Positions 9,545 through 18,841 of a DNA stretch of 64,000 nt are shown here, piece after piece; the stretch's first letter is position 1; every line of letters starts with the position of its first letter. This DNA is from a virus. The position numbers were made by a program, and so were the translations under genes. Under the pieces are notes generated by a model that worked only from the letters and a program-made list of their open reading frames with translations, searched no databases and had not been told where the DNA came from. The stretch is taken from positions 1 to 64,000 of the IMG/VR virus record IMGVR_UViG_3300037294_000405, one strand, 5' to 3'.

Positions 9545-11380
9545 ATGTCACATTTATTAACATCTGGACAGGTTGGTAACATCGGATTAAACCACATGAA
9601 GGCTATCCGTAAAGAAACACAATCTAAATGGGATTCATTAGGATTCCTAGACGGTCTAAAAGGACACGTTAAAGAAAATATTGCTCAGTTATATGAAAAC
9701 CAAGCGTCTACATTATTAACTGAAGGTACTACTACACAATCTTCTGGTTCTTTCGAAACAGTTGTATTCCCAATTGTACGTAGAGTATTCTCTAAATTAT
9801 TAGCTAACGACATCGTGTCTGTACAAGCTATGAACATGCCAATCGGTAAATTATTTTACTTCGTACCACAAACTTCATCTCGTGTAGATGCTGCTGGTGT
9901 TGCTGGTGATAATTATGCTGCTAACGGTAGTAATGGTGCTTATGGTACTGCTTTCTCTGCTCATACAGCAATGAACGGTGGTGTTCCATCTTGTATCGAC
10001 CAATCTAACTGTGCAGTTACTCAATTCATCGGAAAAAACTTATACGATGCATTCTATAACGATGGTTTATTTGATAACTCAAAAGGTACTTTAACAATTG
10101 TTGCTGGTGCTAACCAAGTTTACACTATGGGTGTTGACGGTGCTTTCGCTGTGGCTGGTCCTAGTGCTACTTTACCAACTGCAACTGATGGTTCATTAAG
10201 AGGTATCATTGTTGGTATTTCTGGTTTCTCAGCTGGTTTAACAACTAACGGTAGAGAAGTAATGACAGGTGCTGATGGTAACCAAATGGATACTGAATCT
10301 TTCTTAGCTTCATTACACGTATTGTCTACTAACGCTATCTTAGATAGAGACGCAAACACAATTATTGCTGCTGGTAAAGAAGTTCCTTTCCGTCTTGTTA
10401 CTCAACAATATGGTAAAGGTATCGTATCTGGTTCTAACGCATTAACTGATGGAACTGGTGTATGTTACTTAGAATTAGACTTACGTCACCCTGTAGGAAC
10501 AACTGCTGCTGGAACTGCTGCTGCTGCTGGAACTGCAACTTATGATGGTTACGTTGGTGCTTCTGCATCTACTGTATCTGCATTTACTTTCACATCTGCA
10601 TGGGCAAGATACGCAACATTAGAACTTGAAACTGAAATGGGAGAAGTATCTTTCAGATTAGACGAAGTTGTTGTTGCTGTTGAAGAAAGAAAATTACGTG
10701 CTACTTGGTCTCCAGAGCTTGCTCAAGACGTTAGTGCATTCCACAACATTGATGCTGAAGCTGAATTAACAGCTATGTTATCAGAACAAGTTGCTGCTGA
10801 GATTGACCGTGAAATCCTTAGAGATATCCGTAAAGCTGCTGCATGGCAATTACGTTGGGACTACAACGGATGGAGAAGAGCTTCTTCAGCTGCTAGCCCA
10901 TACACACAAAAAGACTGGAACCAAACTTTAATCACTAGATTAAACCAAGTTTCTGCTCAAATCCACAAATCTACTCTTAGAGGTGGTGCTAACTTTATCG
11001 TAGTTTCTTCTGAAATCTCTGCTATCTTTGATGATTTAGAATACTTCCACGTAAGTGATGCTAACCCAGAGCAAGACCAATATAACATGGGTATCGAAAG
11101 AATCGGTTCATTATCTGGACGTTTCCAAGTATACAGAGACCCTTATGCACCAGCTTACTCAGTAATCATTGGTCACAAAGGTAAATCTTTACTTGATACT
11201 GGTTATATCTACGCTCCATACGTACCATTACAATTAACTCCAACGATGTACAACCCGTTCAACTTTGCGCCAGTTAAAGGTATCATGACACGTTACGCTA
11301 AGAAGGTTGTGAACAACCGTTTTTACGGTCACGTAAGAGTTGATGGTGTTCCAACATTTGATGTAAACGAATTAAGATAA
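9545..11380 (+). CDS. Major capsid protein (T4 gp23-like)
   Basis: RKLRATWSPELAQD, AEIDREI, YAPYVPL, GIMTRYAK motifs; strongly biased codons. Confidence 0.97.
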   Translation: MSHLLTSGQVGNIGLNHMKAIRKETQSKWDSLGFLDGLKGHVKENIAQLYENQASTLLTEGTTTQSSGSFETVVFPIVRRVFSKLLANDIVSVQAMNMPIGKLFYFVPQTSSRVDAAGVAGDNYAANGSNGAYGTAFSAHTAMNGGVPSCIDQSNCAVTQFIGKNLYDAFYNDGLFDNSKGTLTIVAGANQVYTMGVDGAFAVAGPSATLPTATDGSLRGIIVGISGFSAGLTTNGREVMTGADGNQMDTESFLASLHVLSTNAILDRDANTIIAAGKEVPFRLVTQQYGKGIVSGSNALTDGTGVCYLELDLRHPVGTTAAGTAAAAGTATYDGYVGASASTVSAFTFTSAWARYATLELETEMGEVSFRLDEVVVAVEERKLRATWSPELAQDVSAFHNIDAEAELTAMLSEQVAAEIDREILRDIRKAAAWQLRWDYNGWRRASSAASPYTQKDWNQTLITRLNQVSAQIHKSTLRGGANFIVVSSEISAIFDDLEYFHVSDANPEQDQYNMGIERIGSLSGRFQVYRDPYAPAYSVIIGHKGKSLLDTGYIYAPYVPLQLTPTMYNPFNFAPVKGIMTRYAKKVVNNRFYGHVRVDGVPTFDVNELR

Positions 11381-11400
11381 TCATAATCTTATATAAACTT

Positions 11401-11432
11401 AAAAGGCTCCATATTTCTATGGAGCCTTTTTT
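11401..11432. terminator. Bidirectional intrinsic terminator after MCP
   Basis: AAAAGGCTCCATA-TTTC-TATGGAGCCTTTTTT. Confidence 0.9.
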
Positions 11433-11442
11433 GCTTTATATA

Positions 11443-11676
11443 TTAATCGTTATTTGGTGTGTTGCGTAAAAAATATCTACTATATTTTATAGTATCACCA
11501 AATCTATTAACACCATGTTCTAATACTGATGTAATATCATACCCTTCTTTTTTTAGCGTATGTATAGTAGCAGCTAATCTAGTGTTACCTAGTTCGTTTA
11601 TAGCATACCAAGGTGTTACACCTCTTGGGTTTTTTAACGCAGTTAGAACTCTTTCTTTTTGTGTTGTAGACGACAT
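11443..11676 (-). CDS. Small winged helix-turn-helix protein
   Basis: VTPWYAINELGNTRLAATIHTLKKEGYDI pattern typical of phage wHTH; TACCTTTG element at 11698-11705 (- strand). Confidence 0.7.
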   Translation of the reverse strand: MSSTTQKERVLTALKNPRGVTPWYAINELGNTRLAATIHTLKKEGYDITSVLEHGVNRFGDTIKYSRYFLRNTPNND

Positions 11677-11747
11677 AATTTATTTTTAGTTATGGAACAA
11701 AGGTACAAATTTTTTTATCGAAAAACAAATATTTATAATAAAAAGTC

Positions 11748-12392
11748 ATGAAAAAAATTTTATTATTAGCCACAACACTAATTCCTTTAATGTTAGTAGC
11801 ACAAACAATTATAACAGACAATAAATTAACCATCCCACATGGTGATATTACTTTGTATCTAACAAAAGACACATGTGCTTTAGCCTCTAAACATGTAATA
11901 ACTTATTCTGAGTTTTTAAAATTAGATAAAGAACGAGACAATAGATGGTTTCAAGATACCTACAAAGGAAAATACACAAAAGATTCTTATTTAAGAACTG
12001 GTTATGATATTGGACACTTAACACCGTCACATATTACTTCTTATGATAACGACTTAAGCCATAGGTCTTTTAGCTTATTTAATGCAGCGCCACAACTAGC
12101 GGCTTTTAATAGAGGCAAATGGGCCCAAATGGAACGTTCTGTTGAAGATTCTATAGCCAAGTATAAGAAAGACGCAATTATCGTCACAGGAGTCATATAT
12201 GACGGTAAAAAGACTACGTACATGGGTAAATCAAAAATACCAATTCCTATATCATTCTTTAAAGTCGTTTATATTGATGAAAAAGTATTCTGTTGGTTTG
12301 GTTCTAATATAAATGGATTAATAATCAAAACTACCGTAAAAGAATTAAATGAGATATTCAAATTAAATAAAATGACACTTAAAATATATTAA
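11748..12392 (+). CDS. DNA/RNA non-specific endonuclease (NucA/EndA-like) with N-terminal signal peptide
   Basis: GYDIGHLTP, NAAPQLAAFNRGKWAQME, VTGVIY, IPISFFKV motifs; MKKILLLATTLIPLMLVA leader. Confidence 0.88.
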   Translation: MKKILLLATTLIPLMLVAQTIITDNKLTIPHGDITLYLTKDTCALASKHVITYSEFLKLDKERDNRWFQDTYKGKYTKDSYLRTGYDIGHLTPSHITSYDNDLSHRSFSLFNAAPQLAAFNRGKWAQMERSVEDSIAKYKKDAIIVTGVIYDGKKTTYMGKSKIPIPISFFKVVYIDEKVFCWFGSNINGLIIKTTVKELNEIFKLNKMTLKIY

Positions 12393-12394
12393 AT

Positions 12395-12426
12395 AAAAAA
12401 AGCCTAGAATTACCTAGGCTTTTTTT
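12395..12426. terminator. Bidirectional intrinsic terminator
   Basis: AAAAAAAGCCTAG-AATTAC-CTAGGCTTTTTTT. Confidence 0.9.
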
Positions 12427-12427
12427 A

Positions 12428-12439
12428 TTACGTTAACTC
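12428..12439 (+). repeat. Left arm of 12-bp inverted repeat TTACGTTAACTC (partner at 14309-14320)
   Basis: Exact reverse complement of GAGTTAACGTAA at 14309-14320. Confidence 0.8.
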
Positions 12440-12450
12440 TTATATTTTAT

Positions 12451-12480
12451 TTAAGCTTTTGTACCACAGCTAGAACAGAA
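12451..12480 (-). pseudogene. Orphaned former 3' end of the 13309-14217 gene (FCSSCGTKA*)
   Basis: Translates FCSSCGTKA-stop versus current end FCSQCAKKV-stop. Confidence 0.75.
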
Positions 12481-12526
12481 CATAAGTCTTTTTTAAAATA
12501 TCATGATATTTATAATAAAACAAAAT

Positions 12527-13312
12527 ATGAAATACCAATATAATTTAACAGCTTTTGAAAAAATAAATGAAGATTCAGCCTATTTCTTAGGTTTACTATA
12601 TGCTGATGGTAATCTAAGTGATAAAGGTCGTATTACGTTAAACCAATCAATTAAAGATATTGATATTGTAGAAAAATTTAAAACATTTTTAGGGACAAAT
12701 AAACCAATTAGAGTAGTTGAAGTAACTAATTCAGTCTCATTTAGTTTTCAAAATAAAATGATAACAAAACAATTAATAAATCTTGGGTTGGAGCCTAGAA
12801 AATCATTAACACTTAAATTTCCAATGTTCATAAAAAAAATTTATTTAAAAGATTTTATTCGAGGATATTTTGATGGTGATGGTTGTGTTTCTTTAACTAA
12901 AAACAAAACAACTTCTAACCTTAGAATACATTTAGTTGGAACTTATGATATGTTATTTAATATAAAAAAATATTTAACAGATGTATTATCAATTAATGAT
13001 AGAAAAATAAATCAAATAACGATTGGTAAAAATACTTTTCAATTAGAAATAACAAAAAAACTTGATGTTCAAAACATTAAAGATTTATTGTATAATAATT
13101 CAAAATATTTTTTATCTCGTAAAAGAAATATTTTTTTTACAAATATTAATAATAACAATGAAGATTGTTCATTAAGTTCGAAATATAAAAATATTTGTTA
13201 TAGAGAAAAAAGAAAAAGATGGAGAGCGACTTATTATCTTAATAATATTAGAAAAGAAAAAAGCTTCAAACATGAAATTGAAGCTTTTAATTTTCTTGAA
13301 TCTTTAGACTAA
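12527..13312 (+). CDS. Free-standing LAGLIDADG homing endonuclease with C-terminal AP2-like domain
   Basis: AYFLGLLYADG and FIRGYFDGDG; C-terminal SKYKNICYREKRKRWRA; start chosen at 12527 because an ATATTTAT motif lies at 12506-12513. Confidence 0.88.
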   Translation: MKYQYNLTAFEKINEDSAYFLGLLYADGNLSDKGRITLNQSIKDIDIVEKFKTFLGTNKPIRVVEVTNSVSFSFQNKMITKQLINLGLEPRKSLTLKFPMFIKKIYLKDFIRGYFDGDGCVSLTKNKTTSNLRIHLVGTYDMLFNIKKYLTDVLSINDRKINQITIGKNTFQLEITKKLDVQNIKDLLYNNSKYFLSRKRNIFFTNINNNNEDCSLSSKYKNICYREKRKRWRATYYLNNIRKEKSFKHEIEAFNFLESLD

Positions 13313-14217
13313 ACTTTTTTAGCACACTGACTACAGAATTTATGTCCTTTACCTAATTTGGCACCACAGTTTGTACAGTAAACCTTTACGTTTAAATCTT
13401 CGACTGTGTTTATTTTTTGTGATACTGGAAGAAGTTTATATTCTACCACATGGAAAGCAAAGTATTCAAAATCTTTGTTTACCGTTTTAAATTTTTGGTC
13501 AGAACCAGAACCTTGTTCAACTCTGCCCGTTTCAATTGTTTTTGTTGAACGAGTAATACTAGATAATGTATTTAACTTACTTTTTTTGACAGGTTCAGTT
13601 CTTTGTGTGTAAGTTACATCACCTAGACCTAACGAATCCATCGTGGCAATACTTGAACTATAAAGAGCTGTTGACCCTATAGAATTACTACTTGATGAAG
13701 TAAAAGTATTTGTACAACCAACATTAGTACTTGTAGTGCCGTGAATATAACCACCAGTGTTAGTAATCCATGTTGGCCCACCGAATGAACCGCTTGTAGC
13801 GCTACCTCCTTGTAGTGTTAGTATACCACCATAGTATTGTGGTGCTCTTTCCTTAAAAAATTCTACCTTAACGTCACCATTGTTTTCTATGGCTTTTTTT
13901 ACTTCGCTAGTGTTTGATACTTCGTAAGTATCAAATAAGAATTTTTTACCCACGTCTAAGTAACGGTCTAAGAATATTCTTTCACCAGGATTTAACACCA
14001 ACCCACCTTGAGATAAGGCTTTGTTATTTAATGTGATTTTTGCCAACACAACTTCTTTTGTTGGGTTAAAGATTTCAATTTGGAACTCTTGTCCGCTTTG
14101 AAGATAATAAGATGGCATTTCACCTTTTGTGTTGTAGACTTTTATTCTACTTTTGTTTACAGCAATGTTTGCTGTTGGTACCGTTTGAGACGGACCACTA
14201 ATCATTTGTTTTTTCAT
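13309..14217 (-). CDS. Hypothetical protein with C-terminal zinc ribbon
   Basis: YCTNCG...FCSQC; Ser/Thr/Gly-rich linker. Confidence 0.85.
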   Translation of the reverse strand: MKKQMISGPSQTVPTANIAVNKSRIKVYNTKGEMPSYYLQSGQEFQIEIFNPTKEVVLAKITLNNKALSQGGLVLNPGERIFLDRYLDVGKKFLFDTYEVSNTSEVKKAIENNGDVKVEFFKERAPQYYGGILTLQGGSATSGSFGGPTWITNTGGYIHGTTSTNVGCTNTFTSSSSNSIGSTALYSSSIATMDSLGLGDVTYTQRTEPVKKSKLNTLSSITRSTKTIETGRVEQGSGSDQKFKTVNKDFEYFAFHVVEYKLLPVSQKINTVEDLNVKVYCTNCGAKLGKGHKFCSQCAKKV

Positions 14218-14232
14218 TTTTTTAACTTTTAA

Positions 14233-14320
14233 TAGTTGTTATTATCGTACCAATTTCTTTGTTGCCTTAACAACTCTAAAGTCAAATTTGACTCGAAACC
14301 GATAACGTGAGTTAACGTAA
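14233..14320 (-). promoter_or_regulatory. Structured 5' leader (candidate cis-regulatory RNA), beginning with the right arm of the 12-bp inverted repeat
   Basis: Stems UAUCGGUUUC/GAAAUUGGUA, GAGUCAA/UUGACUU, GUUGU/GCAAC; alternative helix AGUUGUUA/UAACAACU; ATATTTAT motif at 14323-14330. Confidence 0.5.
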
Positions 14321-14357
14321 ATATAAATATACTAAAATAATTTTTTTTGTCAAGCTT

Positions 14358-15761
14358 TTATTGAGAATTTCTAAGGTCAACTTGATTGACAATCTCAAAT
14401 TTAATATTTTCTTTAATCGTAGTTACTTCTAGGTTGGATGTAACTTTCATATCTAAATAATAAACATTAGGTATAAGACTACTAGTATCTATCAAAAAAT
14501 AATAATTATTAGGTGTCGCTTCAACTGGTTGAAAATCTATTACGGTTAATTCAGCTGAACCTTCTTTAACGTATAATCTATATTCTAAATCACTTATTTT
14601 TTGATTTTGTTCGACAGTATAAGGTATTCTAGCAGAAACCAAAATTTTTCTTATATCACCACGTTTTATTTTTTCATTATGTTTAATACCAGAAACAGTC
14701 AACCCAACTTTTTTGGGTAGATAATCAGTGTTACCAATGTTATAATATCCTAAAGAGTCTTTTACAACAAAATCCAATGAGATATCTGGTCTAGCGACAC
14801 CATCAATATATATATTAGACCAAATATCAGTATACATGGTTTCTATATTTTCAGTAGTGGTTGGTACCAATAAATCTATTGAGTAAACTCCTTTGGTCAC
14901 ATGATTTACTTCATTACCCGAAAAACCAGAAAATAAAACATCATTATCGTATATATCTACTGTTGGATTGAAATCTAAGTTATGTGGGTTACCAGCTAAA
15001 TTTACATATAAAAATAGTTTGTTGTTTTTATCCAAATAAAAATCATTCCTATCATCTTTAATATGATTAGAATAAGTTGTTTCGATAAATGGTTCGTAGA
15101 ACGTTTGAGTATTATTTGTGAAGAAACCAACATATTGTAATTCGGTAGTATTTATTATTTCGTAAGCTCTAGAATATGCTATACCTAACCCATAATTAGT
15201 GTTGCCAGTTAATACTCCGTTAACAAAATCACTTACATCCATTTCAATATTTTCGTTTCCTTTATCAAAATGTTGTGTAGAAACAGTAATACCAGAAGGT
15301 GAACCAGAATAAACCCCAGCCCCATTAGCCCATTCAACACCTGTTCGTGCATTCACCCAGTTTGAAACACCATTGTTAAACGATGTATCACCGTTAGTTA
15401 ATATGGGTATCTCATAATCGTAACCAACACCATTATCCCATGGTTGATTAATTTTGAAAGCGATTAAATCAAAAGATGCTGTTCTATCTTTTGAACCCAT
15501 ATTTTTGTTTAATAATTCTTTATCAAATGAACCAGTGTTGGTCATTCTAAGGGTATGTTTTAATTTTGTTAAATCCGTAAATGTATCACCAGTATACAAT
15601 TCTTTAATTCGAGTTTCATCGAAATATAATAAAAATCTACTATATTGTTGTTGACTACCAGTGCCACCATAGAATAGTTCAGTTACTGGGTTTAACCCAG
15701 TGTTAACATTAGCGTTGCTGACGATAGTGTTGCTCTTATCAAAGTATGTTCGTATTACCAT
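14358..15761 (-). CDS. Putative virion structural protein
   Basis: 467-aa beta-rich ORF behind an ATATTTAT motif. Confidence 0.65.
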   Translation of the reverse strand: MVIRTYFDKSNTIVSNANVNTGLNPVTELFYGGTGSQQQYSRFLLYFDETRIKELYTGDTFTDLTKLKHTLRMTNTGSFDKELLNKNMGSKDRTASFDLIAFKINQPWDNGVGYDYEIPILTNGDTSFNNGVSNWVNARTGVEWANGAGVYSGSPSGITVSTQHFDKGNENIEMDVSDFVNGVLTGNTNYGLGIAYSRAYEIINTTELQYVGFFTNNTQTFYEPFIETTYSNHIKDDRNDFYLDKNNKLFLYVNLAGNPHNLDFNPTVDIYDNDVLFSGFSGNEVNHVTKGVYSIDLLVPTTTENIETMYTDIWSNIYIDGVARPDISLDFVVKDSLGYYNIGNTDYLPKKVGLTVSGIKHNEKIKRGDIRKILVSARIPYTVEQNQKISDLEYRLYVKEGSAELTVIDFQPVEATPNNYYFLIDTSSLIPNVYYLDMKVTSNLEVTTIKENIKFEIVNQVDLRNSQ

Positions 15762-15792
15762 TTTATCTTTTATTAATAAATATCTAAGAAGA

Positions 15793-16770
15793 TTAATTAA
15801 TGCGAATGTTTTTAGATAACATTGATTTTTCTAAATCTTCAGCCCTAGATTTAAAAGTAGCTAATGCTTGTTTATTACCAGACGCTGTTAAATCGGTTGC
15901 TGGATTTCCATTACCGTTATGAACGTGAGAAAATAAAGCTTCTTTTAATAATTTAAGATATTCAATTAATACATCACCAAAAGGTAACTGGTGTGCTTCT
16001 TCTAAAATTTTAAGCATTTCAGTTTCACTAATTAAATTATTTTGGTCGGTTACGTTAAATCTAGGACTACCACCTTTATGTGTTATTAAATTAATTTTAT
16101 TAGCGACAATATTTGTGATTGTACCCTTTTCACGTGTTTCTTTATTTATCGCAACATCGTTTTTAATTTGAATAAACGCTTGTGTTTTAGTGTTAAATTG
16201 AAACGGAAATGGATTTTTTGCCGATACTGGTGTGTTTTCAAATTTACCAGCCCTAAGAACTATCTCATTTTTTTTCTGGGTTATATCTGTGTTAAACCTA
16301 CCTTGAATGGATATATCTTCTAAATCTGGAAATATACCTTTAAGTTGTGGTATTGTATCGATATTTACTTTTGGACCAATAGGACCAAAACTGAAACCAG
16401 CCAATGCTGTTGTTAACCCGCTATCTCTATTTAATTTATCTAATTGTGAGATTATTGGACCAATATATAATCTATCAACTTGTTGTTTGGTTTTGTCTAA
16501 AACAAAAACCCAAACCGCTTCACCTATTTTTGGATATGTTGATAAAAATTTTGGTAACATAGGTGTAGCGTAAGGTAAATCAGCATTTAACACGCCATCA
16601 TCACCACCAACTGATTGGGAACCTTTTACCCTAACTTTTATTCTACCTAAACCAAATTCATCGGTGATAGAAATAACTTCAGCGTATTTTAGATACTTAA
16701 AACTACTTACATTTTCGTATCCGCTTTTTTCACCTCTATTTAATTTATTAGTACCTTCAATAAAATACAT
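15793..16770 (-). CDS. Baseplate hub/spike protein (gp5/VgrG OB-fold-like)
   Basis: DEFGLGRIKVRV and PKIGEAVWVF motifs; C-terminal HVH metal-tip motif. Confidence 0.75.
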   Translation of the reverse strand: MYFIEGTNKLNRGEKSGYENVSSFKYLKYAEVISITDEFGLGRIKVRVKGSQSVGGDDGVLNADLPYATPMLPKFLSTYPKIGEAVWVFVLDKTKQQVDRLYIGPIISQLDKLNRDSGLTTALAGFSFGPIGPKVNIDTIPQLKGIFPDLEDISIQGRFNTDITQKKNEIVLRAGKFENTPVSAKNPFPFQFNTKTQAFIQIKNDVAINKETREKGTITNIVANKINLITHKGGSPRFNVTDQNNLISETEMLKILEEAHQLPFGDVLIEYLKLLKEALFSHVHNGNGNPATDLTASGNKQALATFKSRAEDLEKSMLSKNIRIN

Positions 16771-16771
16771 A

Positions 16772-16951
16772 TTATTCCCCTTTTAATCTCTTAAGTATTA
16801 GTTTATTTGCAACATCAAATTTTTTTTCTATTTCAACCAATTTATCGTAGTCTTGTAACATTTTTAATTTGATAGCTTCGTGGTCTGCCTCCATTTTTTT
16901 AATCTCAAACAAAATCTCATTGTTTGATTTTTCTTTTAAATCTTCATACAT
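16772..16951 (-). CDS. Small coiled-coil protein (59 aa, missing from ORF track)
   Basis: MYEDLKEKSNNEILFEIKKMEADHEAIK...RLKGE*; fills the gap, stop adjacent to next ATG. Confidence 0.75.
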   Translation of the reverse strand: MYEDLKEKSNNEILFEIKKMEADHEAIKLKMLQDYDKLVEIEKKFDVANKLILKRLKGE

Positions 16952-16962
16952 ATTTTTATGTT

Positions 16963-17415
16963 TTATCTAATTACACCGTCACCTATACCCATTGTAGTTG
17001 TTGCACCTTGTGAAATAACTGGCGCACCTAAGTTACCAACACCAATAGTAGTAACGGATACGCCTGGTGGGATTACAACCTCTATTTTAGCTTCGGTTAA
17101 AACGGCATTGATTATTTCTTCAATTCGAATAACTTCCATGGCTTCTTCGTTATTAGGGCCATCGGCAAACACATCACCGACTTGTCTCCCAGCTTCTGAT
17201 TGTCTAGAAATTATTCTAGAAGCAACGGCACTTGCTGAAACACCAGGTCTTAATTTAGCACCAACCAATATAAGTGGTGGTGGTAAAGGAGCGATAGGTC
17301 CGTCTGGTATTGAAAAAGCAGATAAAATAATGTTTAAAACACCACTTATACTACCTAGGTTAAAACTAGAATTAATCGATTTTATTTCTTCTTTTTTATC
17401 TATATTAAACGCCAT
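16963..17415 (-). CDS. Hypothetical protein (baseplate region)
   Basis: 150-aa ORF coupled to upstream gene. Confidence 0.75.
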   Translation of the reverse strand: MAFNIDKKEEIKSINSSFNLGSISGVLNIILSAFSIPDGPIAPLPPPLILVGAKLRPGVSASAVASRIISRQSEAGRQVGDVFADGPNNEEAMEVIRIEEIINAVLTEAKIEVVIPPGVSVTTIGVGNLGAPVISQGATTTMGIGDGVIR

Positions 17416-18836
17416 TATCCTAAACCTTTTATTGTTCTAATTGCTTCTTGCGAAACACCCACTAAACTTAGCAGTTGAGTAGTTTTATTTTTTGCTTTAT
17501 CAGTTTGTTTTTCAATTTGTGCCGCAACAACTAACTCCGCTATTCTTTTCAACGCAATTTTCAATAACATTTTGATAATCATTGTTGTTATTCTTTTTAT
17601 TATTTTTTTAACTAAAGCTTTATTTTTTTTAATAAAATCAACACCATCGGTATAAGTTACTGATGGACCATATACTATTTTAAAATTAACTAAAAAAATA
17701 AGAACAACCTTTGGTGATAAAATAACGCTTACAATTCCTTTAATCAAAGTACTAATAATTCCTTGAATAAAGTTTAATTTAACTGATTGTTTATCTTGTG
17801 GGTTTAGCGAATTAATTGTTGTTTTGTCAGCCATTTTATCCAAGTGACTATTTAAAACTTCTTTTTTTTGTTGAGGCGTAATCGCACCGCCCATATCATT
17901 ATTAAAATCAGTTAAATTATTTTCGGGTATTGACGCATCAAATGTTGTTGATGTTTTAATTTTTACAATACCTTTCTTCCTATCATCAACATCATTTTGT
18001 ATTTTAGAAATTTCTTGGTTATCAAAAGTAAAATAATTATCACCAATAGATTGACCTTCGTCTGTGTTGACTATTTTATCGACTACATTATTAATTTTTG
18101 CCTCGGATTCTAATTGTTTTCTACTTTTACCTAAACTAAAGGATATAGAACCAAAAATAATGTCAATTATTTTATTAACTAACCCTTGAGAATTAAATAA
18201 GTTAAGACTATCAACAAAATTATTGTTTAAATCATTAAGCGTTTTTGTATCAAAACTTGGGTTAGCTTTTATAATAAGAGAGTTATTAGGGTTAACACCA
18301 TTAGGGTCTAATGAAACAAATTTAAAATCCATAATGTTTTGCCATGTATGTGTGTTTCCGTCATCTTGTATAACCGCATATAAAAAAGTGTTGAAGTCTG
18401 TTGAGGTCAAACCAGCTGTTGGGTCGTCATACATTAATTTACCAGATACACTAGTTGGGTCAACTTTCATTAAGTTTAAAAAATCAATCTTTTTAACTTC
18501 AATCACTATACCAGTAGTGGTATTTGATTTAATAAAGGCTGGTAAACTAGGGTCTATACCACAACTAACAATACTTTTTAATTCTGTTTTAAGTGCTTTT
18601 TTAATCTCCACTTCTATTTCTTCAATTGAGTAGGTTAGAGTGTCAACAAATGCCTTTATTAACGCAGTATATCCAATCAAAGATTTGATTAGGTCAGTTA
18701 GGAAAGTTATAGTATCCCCATTGTTATTAACTGAAGGAAATGATGAGCTTGATTTTAATTTTGGCATCGATTCTGTCAAAGTCTTATCAGCAGCTATTTT
18801 ACCAAAAATTTTTCTTTTTTTATCTAGTACACTCAT
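17415..18836 (-). CDS. Hypothetical protein
   Basis: 473-aa ORF. Confidence 0.8.
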   Translation of the reverse strand: MSVLDKKRKIFGKIAADKTLTESMPKLKSSSSFPSVNNNGDTITFLTDLIKSLIGYTALIKAFVDTLTYSIEEIEVEIKKALKTELKSIVSCGIDPSLPAFIKSNTTTGIVIEVKKIDFLNLMKVDPTSVSGKLMYDDPTAGLTSTDFNTFLYAVIQDDGNTHTWQNIMDFKFVSLDPNGVNPNNSLIIKANPSFDTKTLNDLNNNFVDSLNLFNSQGLVNKIIDIIFGSISFSLGKSRKQLESEAKINNVVDKIVNTDEGQSIGDNYFTFDNQEISKIQNDVDDRKKGIVKIKTSTTFDASIPENNLTDFNNDMGGAITPQQKKEVLNSHLDKMADKTTINSLNPQDKQSVKLNFIQGIISTLIKGIVSVILSPKVVLIFLVNFKIVYGPSVTYTDGVDFIKKNKALVKKIIKRITTMIIKMLLKIALKRIAELVVAAQIEKQTDKAKNKTTQLLSLVGVSQEAIRTIKGLG

Positions 18837-18841
18837 TTTGA

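Noticed and set aside
12503-12526. ORF-track starts at 12503, 21560, 20851, 59564 and 63306
   Set aside because: Most of these extensions run through the promoter motifs (20851 instead lies inside the upstream HEG); downstream ATGs 12527, 21524, 20821/20812, 59507 and 63285 fit better
14233-14320. Leader as SAM-I riboswitch or hammerhead ribozyme
   Set aside because: UUAUC/GAUAA and GGCAAC echo SAM-I but the kink-turn P2 and pseudoknot are missing; the hammerhead CUGANGA core is absent (CUUUAGA)
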